A stretch of DNA of 64,000 bases from NCBI GenBank assembly GCA_002796135.1, contig PCWB01000055.1, positions 22,109-86,108 of the forward strand, in the 5' to 3' direction. Shown one piece after another: positions 20,048 through 30,978 of the stretch. The notes beneath the pieces are model-generated. The model worked only from the letters and a program-made list of their open reading frames with translations, did no database searches and was not told where the DNA came from. Origin of the DNA: Candidatus Omnitrophica bacterium CG11_big_fil_rev_8_21_14_0_20_41_12 (GTDB lineage: Bacteria; Omnitrophota; Gorgyraeia; Gygaellales; Profunditerraquicolaceae). The translations under genes and the position numbers were made by a program. Within the stretch, counting starts at the first letter, position 1. The number at the start of each line of letters is the position of its first letter.

Positions 20048-21284
20048 GGTTCGGGAAGATTTTATTTCCAAATATAGTAACATTTTGTTTAAAAGTGCTG
20101 GCAATAAGACTGAAGTTGCCTCGGTAGTCAGGAATATCCTTGAAGGGATCTTAAGCCAGCCGCGCGGCGTGCTCAAAGAGCAGGAGAGAGATAATATCAT
20201 CAACGAGCTGGTAGATGAATTCTCCGGATTTGGGCCGATCGAAAAATTAATGATGGATCCGGATGTAACCGAGATCATGATCAACGGCACGCATAATGTC
20301 TACGTAGAAAAGCACGGAAAAAAAGAATTATCGAATATGAAATTTGATAGTGATCAGCAACTGATGTATGTTATTCAGAAGATCCTCTCACCTACCAGAA
20401 GAAGAGTGGATGAGACGGTTCCATATACGGATGTTTGCTTGCCTGATGGTTCGCGAGTTAATATTATTATTCCTCCTTTAGCTTTAGACGGACCGACAAT
20501 AACTATTCGTAAATTCTTGAGAAAGATTGTTAAAGCCGAGGATCTTATTGAATTGGGGACCTTGGATAGAAAAATGGCGGATTTTTTAATTGCTTGTATT
20601 AAGGCCAAGATAAATATGATATTTGCCGGAGCTACCGGAAGCGGTAAAACTACCACTGTCGGAGTGCTCTCCAGCTATATTGGAAACGATGAGCGTACGA
20701 TTACCATTGAAGATACGGCTGAACTGCATTTAGCGCAAGACCATGTGGTTAGGCTTGAAAGTAAACCGCCGAATATTGAAGGAAAGGGCGAGATTTCCAT
20801 CAGGGATCTTTTTCGTAATACGCTGCGGATGCGACCGCAGAGAATTATCTTAGGAGAAATCAGAAGCGCTGAAGCCCTGGATATGCTTCAGGCAATGTGC
20901 TCAGGCCATAACGGAGCGCTTTCAGTTATTCACGCTAATACTCCCAATGAAGTTCTGCATCGGCTGGAAACAATGATCTTAATGAGCGGAGTTCCGATAA
21001 CCTTAGAGGCTATCCACCGCCAGATTGCATCGAGTTTGCATTTGATTATTCAGCAGGATCAGCTTGCCGATGGAACGCGCAAGATTACCCGGATAACTCA
21101 GGTCAACGGATTAAAAAACGGCTGGGTAAATTTAGAGGATCTTTTTGTTTATGAGATTACCAATGTTATTGAAGGCGGCAAAGTTTTCGGCCGTTTTAAA
21201 GCCACTGGGGTCCAGCCGGATTTTTATCCGCTTTTTGTCAAAAGAGGCGTAGCTTTATCTAAAGATATTTTTAATAAGGATTAA
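20022..21284 (+). CDS. CpaF/TadA-family type II/IV secretion ATPase (copy 1)
   Basis: Walker A (GATGSGKTT), an Asp box (ITIEDTAEL), a His box (MCSGHNG), and the CpaF-like N-terminal region. Confidence 0.7.
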   Translation: MAQQSLKNRVREDFISKYSNILFKSAGNKTEVASVVRNILEGILSQPRGVLKEQERDNIINELVDEFSGFGPIEKLMMDPDVTEIMINGTHNVYVEKHGKKELSNMKFDSDQQLMYVIQKILSPTRRRVDETVPYTDVCLPDGSRVNIIIPPLALDGPTITIRKFLRKIVKAEDLIELGTLDRKMADFLIACIKAKINMIFAGATGSGKTTTVGVLSSYIGNDERTITIEDTAELHLAQDHVVRLESKPPNIEGKGEISIRDLFRNTLRMRPQRIILGEIRSAEALDMLQAMCSGHNGALSVIHANTPNEVLHRLETMILMSGVPITLEAIHRQIASSLHLIIQQDQLADGTRKITRITQVNGLKNGWVNLEDLFVYEITNVIEGGKVFGRFKATGVQPDFYPLFVKRGVALSKDIFNKD

Positions 21285-21287
21285 TGA

Positions 21288-22532
21288 ATGTTCTGGACTA
21301 AAGCTTTTATACCGACATTAAAAGAAACGCCCAAAGAAGCAGAGTCGTTGAGCCATCAATTATTATTGCGTGCAGGATGCGCGCGGATGCTCATGGCTGG
21401 TGCTTATACTTATCTTCCATTGGGATTACGTGTTTTAGAAAAAATCCAAAGTATAATCCGTCAGGAGATGAATGCTTGTGGCGCTAGTGAATTACTTTTA
21501 CCGGCTTTACATCCCTTAGAGCTCTGGCAGAAGACCGGCCGGGATCAAGATATCGGTGAGGTAATGTTTAAATTCAAGGATCGCCGCGGCAGGAATGTTT
21601 GTTTGGGTCCGACACATGAGGAAGTGATTACGGATCTTGTAAAGAATAATTGTTCAACTTACCGGCAGCTGCCGTTGGTTTTATATCAGATCCAGACGAA
21701 GTTTCGCGATGAGATACGTCCGCGTTTCGGCTTAATCAGGGCTTGTGAGTTTATTATGAAAGATGCCTACAGCTTTGATCAAGATGAAGCAGGATTAGAT
21801 AAGAATTATCAGTTAATGTATGAAGCGTATAAACGGATATTCTCAAGATGCGGTTTAAAGACCCTGATTACCGATGCGGATTCCGGAGTTATGGGAGGAA
21901 AGGTTTCGCATGAATTTATGGCAGAAGCCCCGCTGGGTGAAGATATCGTATTAGTCTGCCCGAAATGTAAAACAGCTAAAGCTTTCAAAGAGGGCGATAG
22001 CCCTTGTTTTAAATGCCGGGTTGAGATGGACAAGATCAATACCATTGAAGTCGGCCATATTTTTAAATTGGGTACAAAATACAGCCAGGCGCTTGAGGCG
22101 AATTTCTCTGATGCTAAAGGGGAGCTGCGGCCTGTGGTTATGGGTTGTTACGGTATCGGCGTATCGCGCCTGGTTTCGGCGATTATCGAACAGAATAATG
22201 ATGCTGACGGAATTACTTGGCCTGGCGAGGTTGCTCCGTTTCAGATCATGGTTTTACCTTTAGATGTAACAAATCAAGCGATCATGCAGGAAGCACAGAA
22301 TTTTTATAATCAGATAAATGCCGCCGGGTTCTCCTGTCTTCTTGATGATCGTGATGAGCGCGCCGGAGTAAAATTTAAAGATGCGGATCTGATCGGATTG
22401 CCTTTGAGCATTGTGGTCGGCAAAAAAAATATTGAAGAAAAAAATATAGAATTAAGGATCCGTAAAGATAAATCAACCCAACTTGTGCCAAAGGAAGAGT
22501 TGGTAAAATTTATCTCTAAATTTTTAGCTTAA
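21288..22532 (+). CDS. proS: Proline--tRNA ligase (short form without the INS editing domain)
   Basis: Class II aaRS motifs and a ProRS anticodon-binding region. It is 414 aa. Confidence 0.8.
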   Translation: MFWTKAFIPTLKETPKEAESLSHQLLLRAGCARMLMAGAYTYLPLGLRVLEKIQSIIRQEMNACGASELLLPALHPLELWQKTGRDQDIGEVMFKFKDRRGRNVCLGPTHEEVITDLVKNNCSTYRQLPLVLYQIQTKFRDEIRPRFGLIRACEFIMKDAYSFDQDEAGLDKNYQLMYEAYKRIFSRCGLKTLITDADSGVMGGKVSHEFMAEAPLGEDIVLVCPKCKTAKAFKEGDSPCFKCRVEMDKINTIEVGHIFKLGTKYSQALEANFSDAKGELRPVVMGCYGIGVSRLVSAIIEQNNDADGITWPGEVAPFQIMVLPLDVTNQAIMQEAQNFYNQINAAGFSCLLDDRDERAGVKFKDADLIGLPLSIVVGKKNIEEKNIELRIRKDKSTQLVPKEELVKFISKFLA

Positions 22533-22546
22533 TTTACGAAAGGCAA

Positions 22547-23782
22547 GTGATGATGAATGCGCATTTACAGGCAGTAAAGGACGATATAATTAGTAAGCTT
22601 TCTGCAAGAGAGAAGGAATTTAAATTCGATTTTGCGCAAGGCAATTCCGTTGAATTCAAGCGAATAGTCGAATCAGCTTTTAAGGCGGTTATAAAAGAGG
22701 GCAAGATTGCGCTTAACCGTCAGGAGCAGGATGAGGTTTTGGGTGAAGTGATCTCTTATTTTATCGGAAGCGGCCCGATCGATGGTTTTCTGAGAGACCC
22801 GGAGGTTACCGAAATTATGGTTAATGGCCCCGGACAGATCTATATTGAACGCAAAGGGAATCTAGAGCTTACCGATGTTAGTTTTAAAAGCGAAGCCCAG
22901 ATTTTGCATCTTATTGAAAAAATAATTTCGCCAATGGGCAGAAGAGTTTCTGAGTTTGAGCCTTTTGTCGATGCCCGGCTTAATGACGGCTCACGGGTGA
23001 ATATCGTTAGGTCTCCGGTTTCCCGGATCGGCCCGCTATTGACGATTAGAAAATTTTCTTATCGGGTTTTGCATATGGATGATCTGATTAATTTAGGCAG
23101 TATTACGCCTGCGGCTGCTCAATTCTTAAAAGCTGCGGTTGAGTCTAGAATAAGCATATTGATTTCAGGCGGAGCCGGAACAGGCAAGACTACTTTTTTA
23201 AACGCCTTAATTGATTTTATTCCGGAGAATGAAAGATTGGTTACAATTGAGGATACCCGGGAGCTGATTATTTCAAAAAAGCATACAGTGCCGATGGAGA
23301 CCAGGCCTTTTAATATTGAGGGTAAGGGCCAGATTAGTATGCGGGATCTGTTTAAGAACGCTTTACATATGCGTCCGGATAGAATTATTGCCGGAGAGGT
23401 AAGGGGTGATGAGGTTTTAGAGATGATCCAGGCGATGAATACCGGCCATGAAGGCTCGATGACTACTCTGCACGCCAGCTCTCCACTAGAAGCTTTAGAC
23501 CGTTTAGAAATTTTGACTTTAATGGGTAGTAGCAATATGTCAAGTGAAGTGGCCAGGCGGCAGATTATCGGGGCCGTAGACCTGGTGGTTTATTTATCTA
23601 GATTTTCTGACGGCTCAAGAAGAGTGACCCAGATCAGCGAAGTAGTCAAGGCAAAAGAGTATTCTATCCAGGATATTTTTGTTTTTGATGAGGGTTCTGC
23701 GGTTCTTAAACCGGTTAATATTAAACCTAATTTTGCCGATAAATTGCGTAAAGCAGCTGGATATACGCTGCCAGGTTCTTAA
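22547..23782 (+). CDS. CpaF/TadA-family type II/IV secretion ATPase (copy 2, paralog of 20022-21284)
   Basis: Walker A (GGAGTGKTT), an Asp box (VTIEDTREL), and a His box (MNTGHEGS). By eye it is roughly 40-50% identical to copy 1 along the full length. Confidence 0.7.
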   Translation: MMMNAHLQAVKDDIISKLSAREKEFKFDFAQGNSVEFKRIVESAFKAVIKEGKIALNRQEQDEVLGEVISYFIGSGPIDGFLRDPEVTEIMVNGPGQIYIERKGNLELTDVSFKSEAQILHLIEKIISPMGRRVSEFEPFVDARLNDGSRVNIVRSPVSRIGPLLTIRKFSYRVLHMDDLINLGSITPAAAQFLKAAVESRISILISGGAGTGKTTFLNALIDFIPENERLVTIEDTRELIISKKHTVPMETRPFNIEGKGQISMRDLFKNALHMRPDRIIAGEVRGDEVLEMIQAMNTGHEGSMTTLHASSPLEALDRLEILTLMGSSNMSSEVARRQIIGAVDLVVYLSRFSDGSRRVTQISEVVKAKEYSIQDIFVFDEGSAVLKPVNIKPNFADKLRKAAGYTLPGS

Positions 23783-23792
23783 AAGGAAAACG

Positions 23793-24251
23793 TTGATCAA
23801 GGAAACTTTAATCAAAGAATTAAATGAATTAAGCTCTCAATGCGCAAGCAGAGAGAATGTAGAATTCGTTGATTTAATTTACCGTTATGAAGGCAACCGG
23901 TTGGTTTTGAGGGTTTTAGTTGACCGGCTGCAGGGCGGTATCACTTTAGGAGAATGCGCTTTATTCAACCGTCAGCTTAAAGGTCTTTTGGAAGAGAAAA
24001 ATATAATTGACGGTGATTATGTTTTAGAGGTTTGCTCCCCGGGACTTGATCGTAATCTTAAGACGCAGAAAGATTTTCTGCGCTGTATAAATAAAGAAGT
24101 AGTATTTTTTCTCAATGATTTAGCAGGCGGAAAATTACAGCAGCAGGGGATAATCAATAAGGTTGATGAGCATAGGGTAACTATTGAAAATTCGGGTCAA
24201 AGTTTAGAGATCCCGTTGATTAAAATAAACAAAGCACAATTAGCAATCTAA
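23793..24251 (+). CDS. rimP: Ribosome maturation factor RimP
   Basis: RimP-like sequence (…VEFVDL..YEG..LVLRVLVD…) immediately upstream of nusA. The start was moved to the TTG at 23793 behind an AAGGAAA RBS because the longer ORF overlaps the preceding gene. Confidence 0.65.
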   Translation: MIKETLIKELNELSSQCASRENVEFVDLIYRYEGNRLVLRVLVDRLQGGITLGECALFNRQLKGLLEEKNIIDGDYVLEVCSPGLDRNLKTQKDFLRCINKEVVFFLNDLAGGKLQQQGIINKVDEHRVTIENSGQSLEIPLIKINKAQLAI

Positions 24252-24271
24252 GCGGAATTGGAGAGAAAAAA

Positions 24272-25540
24272 ATGAGTCAGGAACTACTTGCAATTATCGA
24301 ACAGATTGAACGTGAAAAAGGGATTAAAAAAGAAATTATGATTGAGGCTGTGGAGAGTGCGATGCTTAGCGCAGCTAAAAGAGTAATTGATTTAAAGCCG
24401 GATGAGGAGTTTAAGGTGCAGATTGACCGTGCCACCGGCCAAATTCACGCTTTTCGTAATAATGAAGAGGTGACCAATATTGATTTTGGCCGTATCGCCG
24501 CTTCTACCGCTCGTCAGGTGATTATCCAAAAAATGCGAGAAGCAGAGAAAGATGTAATTTTTGTTGAATTTCAAAGCCGTGTCGGTGAGATTGTCAGCGG
24601 AACGGTTTACCGTTTTGAAAAAGGCAATGTGATCGTTGATCTATTAGGTAAAGCCGAAGGCATCCTGCTTAAGCGCGAACAATCCCCTAAGGAGGAATTC
24701 AAGCAAGGCCAAAGGATCCGGGCTTATGTTGTTGAAGTGAAAAAAGATACCAAGGGCCCGCAGATTATTTTGTCGCGCATACATCTTAATCTGGTTAAAG
24801 AATTATTTGAACTTGAGGTTCCTGAGATCTATGAAGGAATCGTCGAGATCAGAGGGATATCGCGCCAGGCCGGGGAACGGACAAAGATATCGGTCTATTC
24901 CAAGAATGAAAAAGTGGATGCTGTAGGAGCCTGCGTTGGCATGCGTGGCAACCGGGTAAGAAATATTGTTAATGAACTGCAGGGAGAAAAAATTGATATT
25001 GTGCGTTTTAATGAAGATGTACGTGAATATATCAAGGCTGCTCTTTCTCCGGCTAAAGTTGCCGAAATTAAATTGGATCGGGATAAAATGAAGGCTGAAG
25101 TTATTGTCGATGATGATCAGCTTTCTTTGTCTATCGGTAAACACGGACAAAATGTTCGCCTGGCTTCCAGGCTTCTGGGTTGGGAACTGGATATCCGCAC
25201 GAAGAGCATGATTGCCGCTGAAGCCCTTGGTGGAAAAACAGAGGCTAAAGTCGGAGAAGTTAAAGAGGAAGCACCTAAAGATAAAAAAGCTAAAAAGGCA
25301 GTTAAGAAAACAACTAAAAAAGAAGTTAAAAAAGAAGCGAAAAAAACAACTAAAAAAGAAGGGGCTTCCTTAGAAGACCTTTCCGGATTAGGCGCCAAGG
25401 TTATCGAAAGCTTAAAAAGTGCAGGGATTAAAAGCATCAGTGGGATAGTTGAAGCCAAGGCTGAAGGATTAATGAAGATTAAAGGTATCGGAGAGAAGAA
25501 AGCTCAAAAAATTATTACGGAAGCTAAAAAACTATTATAA
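24272..25540 (+). CDS. nusA: Transcription termination/antitermination factor NusA
   Basis: NusA N domain, S1 and two KH domains, plus a C-terminal Lys-rich linker and HhH. Confidence 0.9.
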   Translation: MSQELLAIIEQIEREKGIKKEIMIEAVESAMLSAAKRVIDLKPDEEFKVQIDRATGQIHAFRNNEEVTNIDFGRIAASTARQVIIQKMREAEKDVIFVEFQSRVGEIVSGTVYRFEKGNVIVDLLGKAEGILLKREQSPKEEFKQGQRIRAYVVEVKKDTKGPQIILSRIHLNLVKELFELEVPEIYEGIVEIRGISRQAGERTKISVYSKNEKVDAVGACVGMRGNRVRNIVNELQGEKIDIVRFNEDVREYIKAALSPAKVAEIKLDRDKMKAEVIVDDDQLSLSIGKHGQNVRLASRLLGWELDIRTKSMIAAEALGGKTEAKVGEVKEEAPKDKKAKKAVKKTTKKEVKKEAKKTTKKEGASLEDLSGLGAKVIESLKSAGIKSISGIVEAKAEGLMKIKGIGEKKAQKIITEAKKLL

Positions 25541-25566
25541 TTTTTTTAAGATAGGATGGAGTAATT

Positions 25567-27663
25567 ATGCCCAAAGTAAAAAAAGAAAAAACTGCGGTAA
25601 AAAAAATAACTAAGCCTAAAATCAAAGCTGTCATAAAAACTAAGAAGGTTTCTGTGGCTAAGGCCTCTGCTCCCAAGCCTAAAATTAAGGCTGTGGCTAA
25701 ATCGCTTAAGGCTAAGCCGGTAGTTAAAAAAGTCAAAGAAGAGATTAGGCCTGTAATCAAGCCTGTAAAGCCTGCAGCGCCTGAAATTAAAGTTGAGGTT
25801 AAGCCGGTAATTGAGCCTATTCATAGGCCCCATAAGCCGGAGGAAAAGCTTAAGACTGCTTCTCATGTTCAAACCGCTCCTGCTCCTGAAAAAGCAGAGG
25901 TTACTGCCAGCAAAGAGATTGAACTTGAACTGCCGATCAATGTTAAAGATCTGGCGATAAAATTACAGGAGAAATCCTCGGTTTTAATTAAACATCTTAT
26001 GAGCATGGGGGTAATGACCGGCATTAATCAGAGCCTGGATGAAGCGACTCTGAATAAGTTATGTTTAAAATACGATTTTAAAATTAAAAAAGCTCCTACA
26101 GCCGAAGAATTAATTTTACAGGAGCATAAAAAAATAGATAAACCCAAGGATCTTAAGAGTCGTAGTCCGATCGTTACATTTATGGGGCATGTCGATCACG
26201 GAAAAACTTCTTTACTTGATGCGATATGCAAAACTAAAGTTACTGAAGCTGAGCACGGAGGAATTACTCAGCATATCGGTGCTTACCGCGTTAGTTTCCA
26301 CCAGGGTGCGATTACTTTCTTAGATACTCCCGGTCATGAGGCATTTACCGCGATGCGCGCCCGCGGAGCAAGTATTACGGATATCGTGGTCCTGGTTGTC
26401 GCTGCCGATGACGGCATCATGCCGCAAACTCAGGAAGCCATTGATCATGCGCGTGCCGCAGGAGTAGCCATTATCGTAGCGATAAATAAAATCGATAAAG
26501 CGGGTGTAAATATTGATACGGTTAAAAAACAATTATCGCAGGTTGATTTAGCCGCTGAGGATTGGGGAGGAAAAACCATTACTGTGCCGGTATCCGCAAA
26601 AACCGGTGAAGGCATAGATACGTTATTGGAAATGATTTTGCTGCAGGCAGAAATCATGGAATTAAAAGCAAATCCTGACCGCTTGGCATATGGGGTAGTT
26701 GTTGAAGCTAGAATGGCTAAAGGCCGCGGACCGGTTGCAACTCTGTTGGTGCAAAACGGTTCTTTGAGCCTTAATCAAAATATTATTGTCGGTAATTTAT
26801 ATGGAAAGATCCGGGCAATGCTTGATGACCGGGGCCATGGAGTGACCAGCGTCGGCCCTGCTTCTCCGGTTGAGGTTTTAGGTATAACCGGTATCCCTCA
26901 GGTAGGAGAGCAGTTTTTTGCGATTGCAGATGAAAAAGAGGCAAAAAACTTGATTGCGGCACGTGCAGAAAAAGACAGGCAGCAGCAGGTTAAGGAGGTT
27001 AAGCGTATAAGCCTAGAAGACCTGCATGCCCAGATCGCCGGAGGTAAAATTAAAGATTTAAAATTAATTATCAAGGCGGATGTTCAGGGGTCGCTTGAGG
27101 CAATCAAGGATACTTTAGAGAAACTGAATGTCTCTGAAATAAAGATTAATATAATCCATATGGGGGCAGGCAATATCAATATCTCGGATGTGGTTTTAGC
27201 TATGGCCTCAGATGCGTTGATTTTAGGGTTTAATGTTACTGCCGATGTATTGGCTAAAGAGCTGATTGCCAAAGAAGGTGTTGAGTTAAAAACCTATAGT
27301 ATTATTTATGAACTGGCCAATGATATTAAGGCTGCGGTAGAAGGGATGCTGGCTCCTAAGTTAAAGAAAGTATTTTTAGGCAAAGTGGAAGTGCGGAAAA
27401 TGTTTAAGCTGACCCGTTCCGGTTTAATTGCCGGTTGCTATGTTACTAAGGGTAAGGTTAATCGTAATTGTATGGTTACGGTAATGCGCAATGGTGAGTC
27501 TGCTTTTGAAGGCAAACTTTCAAGCTTAAAACGTTTTAAGGATGATGTGCGTGAAGTGGGAGAAGGTTTTGAATGCGGTATTGCTATCGGCGGATTTGAC
27601 CAGTTAATGGAAGGCGATATCATCGAGGCTTACGATATTAAAAAAATAGCCAGAAAACTATGA
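25567..27663 (+). CDS. infB: Translation initiation factor IF-2
   Basis: G domain ([24 protein letters not shown]). The N-terminus is Lys/Pro/Val-rich and low-complexity. Confidence 0.9.
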   Translation: MPKVKKEKTAVKKITKPKIKAVIKTKKVSVAKASAPKPKIKAVAKSLKAKPVVKKVKEEIRPVIKPVKPAAPEIKVEVKPVIEPIHRPHKPEEKLKTASHVQTAPAPEKAEVTASKEIELELPINVKDLAIKLQEKSSVLIKHLMSMGVMTGINQSLDEATLNKLCLKYDFKIKKAPTAEELILQEHKKIDKPKDLKSRSPIVTFMGHVDHGKTSLLDAICKTKVTEAEHGGITQHIGAYRVSFHQGAITFLDTPGHEAFTAMRARGASITDIVVLVVAADDGIMPQTQEAIDHARAAGVAIIVAINKIDKAGVNIDTVKKQLSQVDLAAEDWGGKTITVPVSAKTGEGIDTLLEMILLQAEIMELKANPDRLAYGVVVEARMAKGRGPVATLLVQNGSLSLNQNIIVGNLYGKIRAMLDDRGHGVTSVGPASPVEVLGITGIPQVGEQFFAIADEKEAKNLIAARAEKDRQQQVKEVKRISLEDLHAQIAGGKIKDLKLIIKADVQGSLEAIKDTLEKLNVSEIKINIIHMGAGNINISDVVLAMASDALILGFNVTADVLAKELIAKEGVELKTYSIIYELANDIKAAVEGMLAPKLKKVFLGKVEVRKMFKLTRSGLIAGCYVTKGKVNRNCMVTVMRNGESAFEGKLSSLKRFKDDVREVGEGFECGIAIGGFDQLMEGDIIEAYDIKKIARKL

Positions 27664-28640
27664 AAAAAATAATCTTAAGCGGAATGCGGCCTACGGGCAA
27701 ATTACATCTGGGCCATTTGGTCGGCGCATTGGCTAATTGGACTAAACTGCAAGATGAATACGATTGTTTATTTATGGTTGCCGATTGGCATGCTTTGATG
27801 TCGGAATACGAAAATCCGTCGGAGCTTAAAGCCAACATGCGGGATAATGTGCTTGATTGGTTAGCCTGCGGCATTGATCCTGAGAAATGCACCATATTTA
27901 TTCAGTCGCATGTTCCAGAACATCTTGAGCTTTATTTTATTCTTTCTTTGATTACGCAATTAGGATTGCTTGAAAGGTGCCCTACTTATAAAGAGCAGTT
28001 ACGCGAAGTAGCCAACCGTGATTTAAAGACCTATGCTTTTCTGGGGTATCCGGTTTTACAGGCTGCCGATATCTTACTTTATAAAGCCGATAGCGTGCCT
28101 GTGGGTGAGGATCAGCTTGCGCATCTTGAGCTAAGCCGTCAGATTGCGCGTAAATTTAATCATCTTTATAAAGTAGATTGTTTTTCGGATCCCCAAGCCC
28201 TGCTTACTCAAAACACGCGCCTTCTGGGATTAGACGGCCGTAAGATGAGCAAAAGTTATAATAATTATATCGGCCTATCCGAGGAGCCGCAAGTTATCCG
28301 CAAAAAGATACAGAGTATGTTTACCGATCCACAGCGTATCCGGCTGGCTGATCCCGGACACCCGCATAAATGCAACGTTTTTTCATATTACACAATATTT
28401 TTCCCGCAGATGCAGAAAGAAGCAGAGCAGCGTTGCGCTAAATCAGAGATTGGTTGCACTGAATGTAAAAAAGAGCTGGCCGAGAAGATCATCGTCTTAT
28501 TGGCTCCGATTCAGGAAAAAAGAAGTTCTTTACAGGAAGATGAAAAGTATATCCAGGAGATTTTGTCTGCAGGTTGTGCTAAGGCCGAAGGATTAGCTAG
28601 AAAAACGATTACCGAAGTAAGAGAGCTGCTTAAAATATAA
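27660..28640 (+). CDS. trpS: Tryptophan--tRNA ligase
   Basis: HIGH-type motif (TGKLHLGH) and KMSKS. Confidence 0.9.
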   Translation: MKKIILSGMRPTGKLHLGHLVGALANWTKLQDEYDCLFMVADWHALMSEYENPSELKANMRDNVLDWLACGIDPEKCTIFIQSHVPEHLELYFILSLITQLGLLERCPTYKEQLREVANRDLKTYAFLGYPVLQAADILLYKADSVPVGEDQLAHLELSRQIARKFNHLYKVDCFSDPQALLTQNTRLLGLDGRKMSKSYNNYIGLSEEPQVIRKKIQSMFTDPQRIRLADPGHPHKCNVFSYYTIFFPQMQKEAEQRCAKSEIGCTECKKELAEKIIVLLAPIQEKRSSLQEDEKYIQEILSAGCAKAEGLARKTITEVRELLKI

Positions 28641-29405
28641 ATGAATTATAAAATACGTTTAGATATTTTCGAAGGCCCCTTAGATTTATTGTTATATCTG
28701 GTAAAAAAAGATCATCTTAATATCTATGATATTCCGATTGCCAAAGTTACCCAGCAGTATCTTGAGTATATCAATTTTATGCAGCTGCTGGATTTAAATA
28801 TCGTTGGTGAATTTATAGTGATGGCGGCTACACTGATGCAGATAAAATCTAAGATGCTTCTTCCGGCGCAGGAATCAGCTGCTTTAGAAGAAGAGGAGGA
28901 CCCCCGTGTAGAACTTGTCAAAAGACTTCTTGAATATGAAAAGTTTAAACAGGTTGCCCAGGATCTAAGGCAGCGGGAGGTCGATCAGCAGGATGTTTTT
29001 ATACGGCCTAAAACCGAAATTCCCGAAGAGGATAAAACGCAAACCAAGGAAGAGGTTTATTTCGAGGCCAGTATCTTTGATTTAATCAGTGCTTTTTCCC
29101 GGGCGTTAAAGGATGTGCCACGCGAAGTTTTTTATGAAGTAATTAAAGATCAGTTTACCGTTGAGCAGAAGGTGCATGATATTTTGCACATGTTATTGGT
29201 GCAGTCAGAGATTAAGCTTTCGGAGCTTTTCGCCAAGACAAAATCTAAAATGGAAATAATCGTAGTTTTCTTAGCGATCTTAGAGTTGGCCAAGATGAAA
29301 GAGATCGTTGCTCGCCAGGACAGGCAATTTGAAGACATCATTATAGTCAGGAATAAAGAGAACATCATACCTTATGAGCGAAGAGATCCGGCGCACCCTG
29401 CTTAA
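28641..29405 (+). CDS. scpA: Segregation and condensation protein A
   Basis: Typical ScpA N-terminus (FEGPLDLLLYLV…). Confidence 0.75.
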   Translation: MNYKIRLDIFEGPLDLLLYLVKKDHLNIYDIPIAKVTQQYLEYINFMQLLDLNIVGEFIVMAATLMQIKSKMLLPAQESAALEEEEDPRVELVKRLLEYEKFKQVAQDLRQREVDQQDVFIRPKTEIPEEDKTQTKEEVYFEASIFDLISAFSRALKDVPREVFYEVIKDQFTVEQKVHDILHMLLVQSEIKLSELFAKTKSKMEIIVVFLAILELAKMKEIVARQDRQFEDIIIVRNKENIIPYERRDPAHPA

Positions 29406-30426
29406 GGGAAATCCTAGCGTGGACAATATTAAGGAATCCGAAGAGGATGTTGTCCTTAATATATCTTTGCGGCCAAAAAAGTTTAACGAATTCGTCGGCC
29501 ATAAAGATATTGTGGATAATTTAAAAATTTCGATTCAAGCCGCCAAAGAGCGCAAGGAACCCCTTGAACATGTGCTTTTAAGTGGGCCTCCGGGACTGGG
29601 TAAAACTTCTTTATCGCATATTATTTCACATGAGATGGGTGCCAAAATCACCGCCACATCAGGCCCGGCGATTGAACGCGCCGGGGACCTCATCGGTATT
29701 CTGACCAATCTTGAAGTCGGAGACATTCTTTTTATTGACGAAATACACCGGATGTCTAAAGTAGTGGAAGAGTTTTTGTATCCGGCAATGGAGAGTTTTC
29801 AGATTGATTTTATAATTGATAAAGGCCCCTATGCCAAGACGATTAAATTTAATCTTAAGCCTTTTACTTTAATCGGAGCAACTACCCGCACAGGCCTGTT
29901 GGCTGCTCCGCTGCGCGGCAGATTCGGTATATTTTACAGCCTTGATTTTTATAAAATAGAAGATCTGGCTAAAATTATAAAAAATTCAAGCCGTTTATTA
30001 ACGATACAAATTGATGATGATGCCTGTCTAGAGATTGCCAAGCGCTCAAGAGGGACGCCGCGTATTGCTAATCGTCTTTTAAGAAGGGTGAGGGATTACT
30101 CTCAGGTTCTAAAAATCGAAAAAGTTGACCAAGCTTCGGCTGCTAAAATTCTTAATGAGCTAGGGATTGATCAGGCAGGTTTTGATGATCTGGACCGTAA
30201 AGTTCTAAAATTAATCCTGGAATCATTCGGCGGCGGCCCGGTGGGCATTGAGTCTTTGGCGGCCAGCCTTAATGAAGAGATCGATACGATTGCCGATACA
30301 GTTGAGCCGTATCTTTTAATGGCTGGCTATCTAAAACGCACCTCCCGCGGAAGGCTAGCGACCAGAAAGGCCTTCGAACATTTTGGGCTGAAATTTAATA
30401 AAGAGCAACAGGAAGAGATTTTTTAG
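29374..30426 (+). CDS. ruvB: Holliday junction branch-migration ATPase RuvB
   Basis: AAA+ Walker A (GPPGLGKTS) and the RuvB-specific N and C regions. Confidence 0.9.
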   Translation: MSEEIRRTLLKGNPSVDNIKESEEDVVLNISLRPKKFNEFVGHKDIVDNLKISIQAAKERKEPLEHVLLSGPPGLGKTSLSHIISHEMGAKITATSGPAIERAGDLIGILTNLEVGDILFIDEIHRMSKVVEEFLYPAMESFQIDFIIDKGPYAKTIKFNLKPFTLIGATTRTGLLAAPLRGRFGIFYSLDFYKIEDLAKIIKNSSRLLTIQIDDDACLEIAKRSRGTPRIANRLLRRVRDYSQVLKIEKVDQASAAKILNELGIDQAGFDDLDRKVLKLILESFGGGPVGIESLAASLNEEIDTIADTVEPYLLMAGYLKRTSRGRLATRKAFEHFGLKFNKEQQEEIF

Positions 30427-30435
30427 ATTTATAAT

Positions 30436-30978
30436 ATGGATATTCTACTGCATATCTGTTGCGGCCCTTGCCTGATTTACCCTTTTAGCAGATTAAAAAG
30501 TCAGGGATTTAAGATAAAAGGTTTTTTTTATAATCCTAATATTTATCCGCCTGCTGAATTTAGTAAACGTCAAGAGAGCTTGGATATTCTCAGTAAAGAT
30601 CTAGAGCTTAATGTGGAGAGCCCTGAGTACCGGCCTTCTGATTTTTTTCAAGCAATTGATAAAAAAGAAAACACGCCGGAGCGTTGCCTGAGCTGCTGGT
30701 GGCTTCGTTTGCAAGCAACAGCTCAGCGCGCCAAAGAGAATGGCTTAAAGCTTTTTAGCACAACTTTGTTAGTTAGCCCCTATCAGGATCATGAAACCCT
30801 TAAGCAGTTAGGCCAGAAAGTAGCCGAAGATACAGGGGTAGATTTTTATTATGAAGATTTCCGAACGGGTTTTCGGCCGGCATATCAAGAAGCAAAACAG
30901 AGAGGTCTCTATTTACAGAAATATTGTGGTTGTAAGTATTCCATCAAAGGAAAGGTTTGTCAAGTAAATGAAAAATAA
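30436..30978 (+). CDS. queH: Epoxyqueuosine reductase QueH (DUF208)
   Basis: N-terminal HICCGPC cysteine motif plus a second Cys cluster (CLSCWWLRL). Confidence 0.7.
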   Translation: MDILLHICCGPCLIYPFSRLKSQGFKIKGFFYNPNIYPPAEFSKRQESLDILSKDLELNVESPEYRPSDFFQAIDKKENTPERCLSCWWLRLQATAQRAKENGLKLFSTTLLVSPYQDHETLKQLGQKVAEDTGVDFYYEDFRTGFRPAYQEAKQRGLYLQKYCGCKYSIKGKVCQVNEK

